Assembly: GCA_951406725.2 (NCBI GenBank)
Contig: OX597820.1
Span: 45,012,001-45,076,000, forward strand
Direction: 5' to 3'
Origin: Octopus vulgaris
Taxonomy: Eukaryota
Length of the DNA: 64,000 nucleotides
Part shown: positions 39,990 to 51,525 of the stretch, one piece after another
How the letters are laid out: each line of letters opens with the position of its first letter
Numbering within the stretch: the stretch's first letter is position 1
The notes under the pieces: generated by a model
The model's input: the letters and a program-made list of their open reading frames with translations, nothing else
Database searches by the model: none
What the model was told of the DNA's origin: nothing
Position numbers and translations under genes: made by a program

Positions 39990-40358
39990 GAGTCAAGTAC
40001 ACCAACATCAAAAATCAATGGAAATTGTAGTTGTGATCCCTGTGCCGGTGGCACGTAAAAAGCACCATCCGAACGTGGCCAATGCCAGCGCCACCTTGAC
40101 TGGCTTCCATGCCGGTGGCACGTAAAAAGCACCAATCCAATCGTGGCCGTCGCCAGCCTCGCCTGGCACGTGTGCCGGTGGCATGTAAAAAGCACCCACT
40201 ACACTCATGGAGTGGTTGGTGTTAGGAAGGGCATCCAGCTGTAGAAACACTGCCAGATCAGACTGGAGTCTGGTGCAGCCTTCTGGCTTCCCAGATCCTG
40301 GTCGAACCATCCAACCCATGCTAGCATGGAAAACGGACGTTAAACAATGATGATGATG
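39990..40358 (+). mobile_element. RTE LINE 3' UTR fragment
   Basis: Matches ~58545-59126 with fewer repeat units; (TGA)n tail. Confidence 0.85.
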
Positions 40359-41956
40359 AGAATATAAAAGTCATACAATTGAACTAATCTGTTGCTTAAA
40401 TAAAGATATTTATTTATACAGAGACATTAGGTGCTAAATAACATCTTAGACAGACTGATAACACAGCATGAGACAGACATGAATAGCAGTATTAAAATCT
40501 TTCATTCACCAAATACCAACTACAGAATGAAGGCTGTAGTAGCTTTGATAGTAGTAACTCTGCGTGATCTCACAGCAACTGGCTGACACGAGTAAAAGAG
40601 AATGCCAACGAACCCAGAAAGAATGACAGGTTAAGCCAATTTTATAATATGATTTGAATGATGCATGCAATAAATTACACACATGCATGAACTATCAAAT
40701 AATGTGCTGATAATCCAGTCTGAGATCAATGATTTAATCACAAGCTACTTTTGAAATAACAGCAAAACAAATCACATAGTCTTGTTGTAAAATTCCTTCT
40801 AACCATCTAAGACAACCATTTAGACTAGATACTTGTATAGGATGAATTTAATAAAATACACATGCAAGCTAGTTATATTATAGTCTGTAATCAGAACCAA
40901 ACATCATAAGATGAATAGCAACTAGAGTTTTGAAAAAGTTTCCTATTGTCATTTCTAAGTCTAAAAGAACACAACAATACTGTGTTGTCTTTAATTTAGG
41001 CACCGAATCCTGTATTTTATCTGGCAGAAGAACAATTTAAAATCAGTGTAAAAAACCAAAAATCTAGTGTAGCAAGCGCTAAGTCAAATAACATGTTTTC
41101 AATAAAAAAATCAGTGAGATTTCTTTATTATTAATAATAGACAATTCCTCCTTGGAGACTCACTGATAAAAGATAAATACAGAAACACCAATGGATGAAG
41201 ATGCAGGAGTGTCATCAATTCAGGCTCTACATCTCACAGAAATGTAAAGTCTACGGGAGAGTCATGGCAAAATAATGATAATGATGATGATGATGGAAGG
41301 TGGGGACAGACAACAGAAGCCTCTAATTCTCCATCCTGCTTAAATGTCTGATAAAATAAAAACTACAGTTGAATGATTCCTCAACATCTTTAATCATTTC
41401 TGAATTGCAGTTAGAGCAGAAACATCTGCTCCAAGAAAAACAAAAATATCCTAGCCAGAATAAAAAATAAAGAAACATAATATTCATATTGTTTGGTGAC
41501 TCAACAATAGCTGAACAGGATTTTTGTGAATGGGGGAGTATATATGTAATAAGAGTAGCAGAGCTTCCCTTGTCTCTTTCTTTCCTTCTTTTTTTTTTTT
41601 TTTCTGAGTCCAAAAGAAGACGTTGGGTGGTGCTCATGGTCTTTTAATGACCTAATAGACTGGGAGACTGGATTACTTGAGAAAAGTGAATGCAATTAAC
41701 AGCTAATTTGAACTACTGTATACTAGTAGATGGAATCAGGAAATATTACTGGAAATAGATCTTATTTTCAGGGTGGTGGTATATAGATAGGGTATTAAAT
41801 CTGAATGGTTTTTGGATTGCAACATTACACAGAATTCTCCAAGAATAAACCGAAGTGGTTTCCTGTTGCTGTCACCAAATCCATTATAGGATTTACACAC
41901 AACCTGTCAAGCTAAACTAAACATTCATAATTATAGGGTGCTCCTACTCTTTATAG

Positions 41957-42260
41957 TGAAGGCATATGGGTTAGTGGTTAGGGCATTCGGCTCATGATCG
42001 TAAGGTTGCAAGTTTGATTCCTGGCAACGCGTTGCGTCCTTGAGCAGAACACTTTATTTCACATTGATCCAGTCCACTCAGCTGTCAAAAAATGAGTAGT
42101 ACCTGTATTTTAAAAGGGCCAGCCTTATCACACTCTGTGTCACGCTGAATCTCCTTGCGAACTACGCTAAGGGTACACATGTCTGTGAAGTGCTCACCCA
42201 CTTGCACATTAATTTCATGAGCAAGCTGTTCTGTTGAACCTTGTCATTGTAACCGACAGA
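41957..42260 (+). mobile_element. SINE family D variant
   Basis: tRNA-like head; 19 bp TSD gtgctcctactcttta(t/c)ag at 41938-41956 and 42261-42279. Confidence 0.85.
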
Positions 42261-44527
42261 GTGCTCCTACTCTTTACAGCAGTGAGCTGTATCCATTTAA
42301 GAGACAAATTTATAGCTACAGGATATAATGAGCCTCTACTTCTGCTGACTTGCATCAGATAGTGAAAAATGTGCCACATATCCTGTTAGTGTGCCATTTT
42401 CACATCAGTATGGCTTTCAAAGCTAATAATTTCTGTAGTCACTTCAACTCACAAGAATACTCTGGTTGTTGAAGTTTGCACGATCTACAATGTACAAGTA
42501 GCATTAAGATACTCTCTGGTTTGAAGAAGATAAGAAGACACTAAGAGTTGATTACATTGACCCAAGTATTTGATTGTTAGTTTATTTAGCATAACAAACC
42601 TGTTAGAGTTAAATGCCACTGATGATACAATTTTACCTATCAAATATAGCCTTGCCATCACCTGTGCTGGCTTGCTTCAGTAGATTCCATTGAACCTTGT
42701 AGTGTATGACCAACTGAAACACTTGGTGCTGCATTGATATTTTTTCCTTTCTCCCCACCTTCTTTTTTGTTTTTGTTTTTCTTTAGTAAAATATATTCCT
42801 TTTCATATTCTGAATAAAATGTACTCTAAACCAATAAATATACTAAAACCTTTAGACAATAAAAGTGACTTCTATGCGTTCATTAAACCTAAGAGTCCAA
42901 TATACTAACAACTTTAGCCAACAAAGAGATTATATGGTCACTAAAGTTACTAGTTCAACATACTAACACCTTTAGCCAATAAAGAGGCTTCTATGTGGTC
43001 ACTCAATTGGTTACAGACAGTGACCAAATGTTCCTCAAATCACACCCCACCATCTTAAAAAAAGCCCCCCCAAAAAAAGGTTGGCATCAGGAAGAACATT
43101 TGGCCATAAAATACTACTTCAATAAGTCTTATCCAACCCATGCCAACATGGAATTGTAGACATAAAATTGATAATGATAGTATGTGTTAATGTATGATGT
43201 GCATTTATAATTACTAGCAATGAAATCTTGGAAAAAAATCTCTGATGTACACTGTACAATGACTTTCTTTTAGTATCATGATATAAGGAAAAAACAGGTG
43301 TTCAGTCAGAGTTCTTTTTTTTTTTTATTAATGTATAAAATACATTGAAAAGATGCAACACATCCTAAATGATAGTAAAAGCAATTTGAAAGTGACCATT
43401 GCATTTTACTGGTGTAGGCTGTAAAAATGCACCACATTGTGGAAATCACCTGATCACTTTTCTGTTTCATGAAAAACAGTCTATATTCAATACAAATAAA
43501 TGTTATACATAATTTGTTCATCTTTTTAAGGTTGGTGCTTGTAATGAAAATTTAGACAAGGAATTCATGAGGTATAAATTGTAGATACATAGAAGGACAT
43601 CATGATTTGTAGGATGTTTAACTATAGTAGTTTCCAAGTAATGTTTGTCCTGGCTATGACATTAAACTGCATCTCATAATGGGGCCCTAGTTTAGGAGTT
43701 CCAAGATTTTGAAGAGTGTGGAACCACTTCTTAGCAACTATTGTTCCTAATTCTATGCTGACCCGGAGTAGGGTTCCAACTATGGGCTAATTAGCATGTT
43801 ATGGAAGAAGCTCTTAGAATGAACCCTCATTGCCTTGTGAGTGCCTTGGGAAAGGGAAAAGGTTAAGGGAATCAATCTTGACAGCAAGTCAAGGGGTGGA
43901 GTCTTTCAGATGGTCTGGTGCCCTCTTTGACACCCTTCTGGTGGGCAACTCCAGAGTAGAAGGAGCTCTCCAGTCCTATAAAGCAATTCACTAAAGAAAA
44001 AGGCTATTCCAATGTAAAACGGACAGTTTACTGGTTACTGCAGCTGCCTTAGCCCACTGAACCACACTGGTTAGACCTCTAAGTCTAAAGAATGAGATCA
44101 GATTGCATGGACTGACTCTCCTTTTATAACTATTAAGTGCAAGCAGAAGAAAAAAGCCTTGCAACATCAAAGATAGGTTTAGATAGCCACTTGAAGGCAT
44201 GCCACTCTTCCTCGTGATCTTCAGACATAAAGCAAAACTGCCATCATGCATATGTAATACTTACGTATGTATGTATGTAAGATTCAGTTGAATCAGGTAC
44301 TTAAATTGAGGCACCTTGTTAGATTGGAATAATATACATACACAATATTATGTAAATATCAAACTAGGTACAGAAGTACCAACCGAATGATATTCATGCA
44401 GTGTATGTAGACAATTAGACTCGGCTGAATAAATAGATCTGCTCTTGAGTTATTCAGACATACACATTATATTAAATATACAGTCCATAATATTTACAAA
44501 TAGCAAATTCCAAGACAGGTGAATAAA

Positions 44528-44654
44528 ATATGAATGAGTAAAAGTAGAGGTACAGGTGTCAATCCATGTAATGTTTCCATTAATCAATTAAAGAAGTCGT
44601 TAAAAACAGCCATAATGGATTGCCACCTGTACCTCTACTGTTACTCATTCATAT
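44528..44654. repeat. 40 bp inverted repeat (hairpin) next to (TA)n
   Basis: Arms 44528-44567 and 44615-44654 differ at 2 positions; 47 nt spacer. Confidence 0.85.
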
Positions 44655-45114
44655 ATATATATATATATATATATGTGTGTATATATAAATATAATAAATA
44701 TATATGTATATATATATATATTTCTATATATCTTACAAGTCATGATGAATTATATTACAAATATTTGAAATGTGTATTACAGATATACACTAAAGTACTC
44801 TGATACAACTCTACTTCTTACTCATACTAAGATCAGCAAGAAGAACATATATGTAGTTATTTGACCAGCTAGAAGCAACAGTAAAATTCCTTCAAATGAC
44901 ATCCTACTGCTTCAAGAAAAATAAGAAGGACACATTGAATTGTGTAGATCAAGCTACATTATTCCTTAAAGCAAAATGGGATTGTCACATTGAAAGTCTT
45001 TGATCAAGTTACTAAGCAAGATTACCAAGCAGATAAGGTATTGAATATTGGTTATGGTTACTACAGTAACAATACAGTGTGGGTTATCAGTAAATTAATA
45101 TTATGCATATAGCT

Positions 45115-45494
45115 TTTACTTGTTTCAGTCATTAGATTGTGGCCTTACTGGAGCACTGCCTTGAAGAATTTTGAGTCAAATAAATCAACCCCAGTTCATA
45201 TTTTTTGTTAAAGCCAATACTTATTCTATCAGTCTCTTTTGCTAAACTGCTAAGTTACAGAGATGTAAACACACCAACACCAGTTGTCAAGTGTTGACAA
45301 ACACAGATACACACATATATGTATATATACATGATGGTCTTCTTTCAGTTTCCATCTTCCAAATCTACTCACACAGCTTTGGTCGCCTGAGGCTATAGCA
45401 GGGGACACTCGCCCAAGGTGCCATGCAGAGAGACTGAACCTAGAACCATGTAGTTGGGAAGCAAGCTTCTTACCACACAGCCACACCTACATCT
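45115..45494 (-). mobile_element. SINE family A, full length, abutting the U6 pseudogene
   Basis: Minus head agatgtaggtgtggctgtgtggtaagaagc begins immediately after the U6 T-run; tail actgaaacaagtaaaag. Confidence 0.85.
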
Positions 45495-45596
45495 AAAAAT
45501 ATGGAATGCTTCATGAATTTGCATGTCATTCTGGCACAGAGGCCATGCTAGTCTTCTCTGTATTGTTCCAGTTTTAGTATGTGTACTGCTGAAGCA
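45495..45596 (-). pseudogene. U6 snRNA pseudogene
   Basis: Minus: tgcttcagcagtacacatactaaaactggaacaatACAGAGAagactagcatggcctctgtgccagaatgacatgcaaattcatgaagcattccatattttt. Collinear with U6 incl. the ACAGAGA box and 3' T-run; lacks ~5 nt at the 5' end; six CpGs converted. Confidence 0.95.
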
Positions 45597-46486
45597 TAAA
45601 TTTAATGTCATTGTGAAATTAGAGTACATGGTCCTTTTAGGCAGTGTGGACTGAAGATTGAATCAGCTATTAACTGGTACTTGATTATATCAAACCTGGG
45701 CAAAATGAAAGATAAATTTGATCTCAGTATGATTTGCACTCAGAATATAGACAGTCAGTATTTATTTCAGCTCTTTACATTCTGAGTTAAAATCAAGTTG
45801 AGGTCAACTTAACCTTTCATTGTTCTACAGGTTGATGAAAGAGAGTACAAGTGAAGAACTATGTTCAATAAAATAGACTGTTTCTTTCCCATTCCTTTTG
45901 TGCCTGGTATTGTGCCTGTGTTAGAAATTATTATTACTTAATAGATTGCCATATGTACATTAAACAGTAAGATACAAAATGATGACTTTATTCTTTTATT
46001 TGTTTTTCAGTCATATGACTGTGGTCATGCAGGAGAACCGACTTGCATATTTATTTTTAATACGTTCCAGTAGATTCATCATCATCATCATCGTTGTTGA
46101 ATGTCTGCTTTTTATGCTGGCATGCACTGGATGGTTTGACAGGAGCTGGACAGCCAGAGAGCTGTCCAGGCTTCAATTATCTGTTTTGGCTTGGTTTCTA
46201 TGGCTGGATGCCTTCCCTAATGCCAACCACTGGCATGGATGGTTTTTATGTGTCACTGGCACAGGTGCATTTTATGTGGCACCACCACAAATGCATTTTA
46301 TATGGCACTAGTACCTGCAAGACAAAGACCTCTCGGCTGGGAAAGGGAGTGAGGACATGGCCATATAAAAACATACCTGTCCAATGTGATATGTTAATCA
46401 CTGCTGTGTTCATCACAGGAAAACAGTTTCTCTTTTATGATGAATATGCACAGGTTCATAACACACTTAATTCATAGTATATATGA

Positions 46487-46534
46487 TTTTGGAACAACTG
46501 GTGTTTCAACACCTTTGTGTTTCATCAGCCAGAA
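46487..46534 (-). ncRNA. Minimal type I hammerhead ribozyme, sense to the ATG4-like transcript
   Basis: Minus: TTCTGG-CTGATGA-AACAC(aaag)GTGTT-GAAAC-ACCAGTT-GTT-CCAAAA. Intact core, perfect 5 bp stem II, stem I 5 of 6 paired, stem III ACA/TGT, GUU triplet. Confidence 0.75.
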
Positions 46535-46786
46535 GCAACCCCAGACCAATGAATCGAACAAGAGCCTATGGCCTTGTTTATAATTTCAGTGCGCAAACTG
46601 TTTGCTAATCCATGTTGGCATTGTTATATGTATGGGGAATAGCATTGATCTCTTTTTCCTTAACAGTTAATGTTAAGTAGCCTTCAGTTACTTATTAAAA
46701 TACAAATATGTATCTTGGTGTAAACTCATTTGTCTAATGGTACATGCTAAACAGTATGACAATAATTATTACAGTACCAGTATGAA

Positions 46787-47015
46787 TCATCATTGTTGTC
46801 GTTTAACATCCGCTTTCCATGCTAGCATGGGTTGGATGGTTTGACTGAGGACTAGCAAGCCAGAAGGCTGCACCAGGCTCCAATCTGATCTGGCAAGGTT
46901 TCTACAGCTGGATGCCCTTCCTAATGCCAACCACTCCAAGAGTACAGTGGGTATGGGAGCCAGTCAGGCGGCACTGGCAATGGCCACGCTCGAATGGTGC
47001 TTTTTACATACCACC
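46787..47015 (-). mobile_element. RTE LINE 3' UTR fragment
   Basis: gtttaacatccgctttccatgctagcatgggttgg.. as at 38311; older copy at ~46076-46310. Confidence 0.8.
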
Positions 47016-49488
47016 AGTCCCTTGCCTATCCTCATTTTGTCCCCTTCAAACACCAGAACCTACATTAATCCTTTGATACCAACCCACGAGAAATCATCCC
47101 TCTATACTAGTATACAAAGTCATATATTAATTAAAACCTTCTACCATGCTTTTATGTAAGGTGCTTTTGTTAAGTTATGATACAAACACCATTTTGATAA
47201 TGAGAGTTCTTAATAATTTCCAAAATTAATTGAAAGGTTATGTGCCCCACCTTTCTTTGAATTACAATATAAAGAGAAAAATGCTGCAAATATATATATA
47301 TATAAAAAACTAGCATAGTGGTGTCCAGATTCATCTTTATAGTGCAACCCTAGGAAGGTTTGTATGTTGATTATAGGTTTCTAATACACCAGAAAATCGT
47401 GACACATACAGCTCAATGGGTTTAGTGTGAGGTCTAAGAGAACAACCCTGATTTCCTAACTTCTGTTCCCTTAAAGCTACATTAAAAAGAGCTTAGGGAG
47501 TAAAACCTGAAGAATCGGGAGATAGGATAGTTAAGGCAGTTGGTACTATTTCCAACCAGTAACAATGGTGGTGCCAGACTGCATTAGCACTTGTGCTTAG
47601 ACTATAACGGCGTTGTTGTTGTTGTTTATTCTCGTGTTGGCTCTGATCGAGCAAACCCACGATCAAACTCGTTCTAGTCACGACTATCAAATTTTATTTT
47701 CTGGAATAGTGTACTTCGGGTTGCCTTATCTGATGGCCGCTTTATTAAAACAGTAGGATAAGGGGTTTTGTGCTGCTATTTGTTCGTGGTGCTGCTATAC
47801 CAGGGTTGGGAGAAAATGTGGTGTGAGTAGAAGCCTAATGGATACTATAACATAAATCTCTTCGTAATTTGTAGCGTGATACAGAAAGATGCCAGATAAG
47901 CAACAGCACACTGCCAAGAAAAAAAAACAACAAAAAAAGGGAACGTCAGAGTAAGACAAAAAAATCTATAAGCTATGTAACGAAAATATCTATAAACTAT
48001 GGCATAAAGATAAATAAATATGGGTAGCACAAAAATAATAAATATATATATATATATATATATTTCCGCTTCTAAAATAAAATAATTAACATTATCCCAA
48101 GGTATTTTTAGCAACTTTTATAGCAGGAGTTATTTCTCTTGACTTCCGCCACCTCATCACCCAATGATGAGATGCAATGTTATGTTTGATGAGACAGATG
48201 TTTTCTTTTATGGAGTCTAGTTTTTACGCGCAAAATCGAGCGATGAAGCGTTAAAAATTATAGAGAAATAATTAGATCAATTATCAGAATAATGTTTACT
48301 CAAAGTAGCAGGTGTTTGTGTGAGAGGGGTATATAAAGTGTACGTAAAAGAATAACAGGATTACAAGTTTAACCTCATCATCATCATCAGTTTTAGATTC
48401 ATCTTGCTATGAGTCAATGGGTTGGACATGTTTGCACTACAACATCCGTTCCGCATGCAATGACCCCACACCAGCTATCTGTTAAATAACACACACACAA
48501 GAAAGAGAGAGAGAGACGAAGTGCTCAGCATAAGTGGACTTTGATTAGTCTTTTGACGTAGCAACAGAACTGGTTGCTCTAAAAATCCTTTCGTTGTCAG
48601 GTATGCGGGGCCAGTGCAATGTGCTTGACAGTAAGCCAAACAAGACAATCTCTGTGTAGTTGCTCGACCTGCTAGAAATACCAGTCAAACATCCCTCAAA
48701 TTACACCGTCACTTTGAAAAAGGGAGAGCACATTGCATAATGTAGTCCTACATACACAATGCCACGAGGGGATGATGATCATGGCTGAAACATCCATCTA
48801 CTGATTCAGGGTTGATCTGGTGTTAAACATTAACAGGACTGAAGCGGCCGACAGAGAGTAGAAAGTGAATTGGTCGGGGTTTAGAACCGATGCTGCATGT
48901 TTACAAAGCCAATGGTAGAATTATATAAAAAAAAATATGTCAAATAAACTCGTAGAATGAATAACTTCTTACATTCAACAAGCCTAGCATTTAAGGAGTC
49001 GATAGCGAAAGGGGGGCGGTTGCAAAGCCAACAATTTAATCAATTGTTCGGATCACAGAGATTTATAGTGACTCAATTTTGTGAATATTTCGCAACCGCG
49101 TCTCTATAAGCATCCACAAAGCATGATATCGGTTATTTGTGAGTGAATGAAACTTAATAAATCCAATGCGCTGGTTAACATGTGTAAGCCATTCAAACAA
49201 CACAACTATTGGTTTCACACCAGAACATATTAATATGTTTTACGGAAAGAAAAAGAGATAGAGGGGCGGAGTAACGCTGAAAAACATTGTTGTTGTTTAC
49301 GTGAACAATGTCAAAATCACTACCGCCCTCCAACAGAAACCAAACACCTTTATATTCCACTTGTTTTCTTCACTCTTTTCTAACCGATTCATAGAAGCAT
49401 GCTAAGATGCACGATAAAAAGGGTTTCCAATAAATATTATAAAGCTTCCAGTAACAAATTGAAAGTAAATAGATAAAAATCAACTTAC

Positions 49489-51502
49489 CATATTTTACAT
49501 TGTTCCACATAGACATGAGTTTTGATTTGACTTTTTCAAGGTTTTCCCCTTCAGATTGGCCATTACTAGGCGAGGGGTCTATTGAAGTACTTGCAAATTC
49601 ACTAACTGACATAGAACGTCGGGCAGGTACACTACTGGCACGGTGGCTGCTCCCACTACTTGTAGGTATCTTACTACGACTCGGTCGGTCAGCTGTATAG
49701 TAGACATGTTCTTTGGAAGAAGGGCGGTTGGGTTTTTCTTCCACACAGAACACCTCTTCACTGGAACCTTTCATTTTCTTGTCATGGCTTTTGACTTTTC
49801 CTCTATTGTGACTGCTGGATTTACTTGAATAACTTCCATAATCGCTCGTGTTACCGGCGCTACCATAACCACTATCTTTACTAAAACTACTGTAGTTACC
49901 TTTGTAATCAGTATACGCGGTGTTACTACCAAGAGTGTGGCTGTAGTTTGTGTGTTTTCTATTGCTACTCGTGTCGGTACTTCTAAGAATAGGACTAGTG
50001 TTGTAACCACTTCGAATATCAGCAGCGATATCGTGGCCGACTCTGTGCTTACTTGAAATCCTATATGTGGGTTGAGAATCCCTTAACTGAACAAGTTTTT
50101 GGTTGGTTTTATAAAAGTTTTGAATAAAACTATTATCAATGTTACTTATGTTATGTTTATCGCTTGAGGAAGATCTGTGTTTCGTCTCCCCAGACGGTTT
50201 AGGAAGACCGTCTCCGGCAACATTACTGAATGATGTGGTCCCACGAGTATAGGAAGTTAAATCATTCGGAGGTTTTTGATCCGACGGTAAATAAGATCTG
50301 TGTTTATCAGCTTCCACAATATTTTTGTAGTTGGTGTTTTTGCTACTTGTAACGGTAGTATTAATCGTAGTGTTAGCTGTAGTTGTTGTTGATAATGATG
50401 ATGTGACATTACAAGATTGCTTATTGGAACGGGCTCGGGCAGCAGCTGATGTCCTGGTTGGAGGGAGCACGATATCATCTTTCCTTCTGGTATCCAGATA
50501 TGGTGATGCTGGCGTAGCACGGGCCGGGCTGCCTGGTCCACTAGATGATGGAGATGGACATGAAATTGAACGTTCGGTGACAAAAGGGGCTGGACTGGGG
50601 AAGACTGGTGCAGACTTAACATTGCCACTACTTCCATCCACTTTTTTCCTTGTACTTCGAACATGAGAATCAATGACTATGGGAGATGGAGGCAGAATTT
50701 TCTTGTGACTTCCTTTAGCAATATCGCTTGCGCTGCCAGGAGGACTGCCCGAGACAGCTGTATTATGACGAGAAGGGGATGATGAAGACGATCGACTACT
50801 TTGTCCACTGTTCGATCGGTGACGATGAGGGCGGTGTTGGTGAGGTGAGGATGGAACTGATGGAAGAATGCGTTTAGTCGAAGAAGGGGTATGCCTCGGG
50901 GAAACCTCCACAGATGACGTCGGAGAATCAAACGAAAGTGGATTTCGAACCAGTTCGGGTATTTCATCCGCGTCGGTCACTCCAGTGCCATGATAGGCTT
51001 TACCTTGTTGGCAATGATGAGACGACATTCGACTGATATATTTTTTACTCTGTGCAGGGCAGCTGGAAACATAGTCAAGAGTAGACGCATCCGTCGCTTC
51101 CTTGGGAACAGGTGACGAAGAGTGGTGATGCTGATGATGTTGGGAACGATGACGGGGGATGTGATTATGTAGTGAGACATCTTGCTCAGGCGCTGGTGTT
51201 TGCATCTGTTTCTTTTTCTTCTTCTGCAGCTGTTGCGGTAGTTCTCGATGCTGATCTGTATTGTAAACGCCGCAATCAGCACCTTCTTTAGTAGCCTTCT
51301 GCCTCGTTGATGTAGGTGAAGGTAAAGGCGAAGACGACAAATGTCTTAGGGGCGAACAGGGTCCAGACGTCCCAAGTCCAGTATTACCAGCAGTGCAGAT
51401 AGTTGCAGTAGTGTTACGAACTACAACCGTAGTGCCAGTGGCGGCTGTTAGTGTTCTTGCTGCGGTTCGGGAAGAGGATAAAGCAGCATTGTTATCTGTC
51501 AT
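49489..51502 (-). CDS. ATG4: First coding exon (2014 nt, 671 codons + 1 nt) of an ATG4C/D-like cysteine protease with a long low-complexity N-terminus
   Basis: The 710 aa ORF reaches LEKVKSKLMSMWNNVKYG, matching vertebrate ATG4D DKFKAKFLTAWNNVKYG, and is followed exactly by a G|GTAAGT donor at 49488; the remaining 38 codons are intronic read-through. No catalytic-domain exons were seen. Confidence 0.85.
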
Positions 51503-51525
51503 TGTCCCAGCAATGATTCAACCAT
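51499..51525 (-). promoter_or_regulatory. 8-codon upstream ORF (MVESLLGQ*) whose stop overlaps the main start (ATGA)
   Basis: Minus: gcggcgccATGGTTGAATCATTGCTGGGACAATGA; the main ATG (51502-51500) is the last A of CAA plus the TG of TGA. Confidence 0.7.

Noticed and set aside
41323-41345. Candidate ATG4 exon 2 (cag|GA TGG: GWRIRGF)
   Set aside because: Runs into an (ATC)n microsatellite and a stop; no similarity to ATG4.
45495-45700. Functional U6 gene
   Set aside because: 5' end truncated, CpGs decayed, and no convincing TATA/PSE seen upstream.
49370-49488. C-terminal 38 aa of the 710 aa ORF (hydrophobic, TM-like)
   Set aside because: Lies after a consensus G|GTAAGT donor exactly where ATG4 similarity stops; intron read-through.
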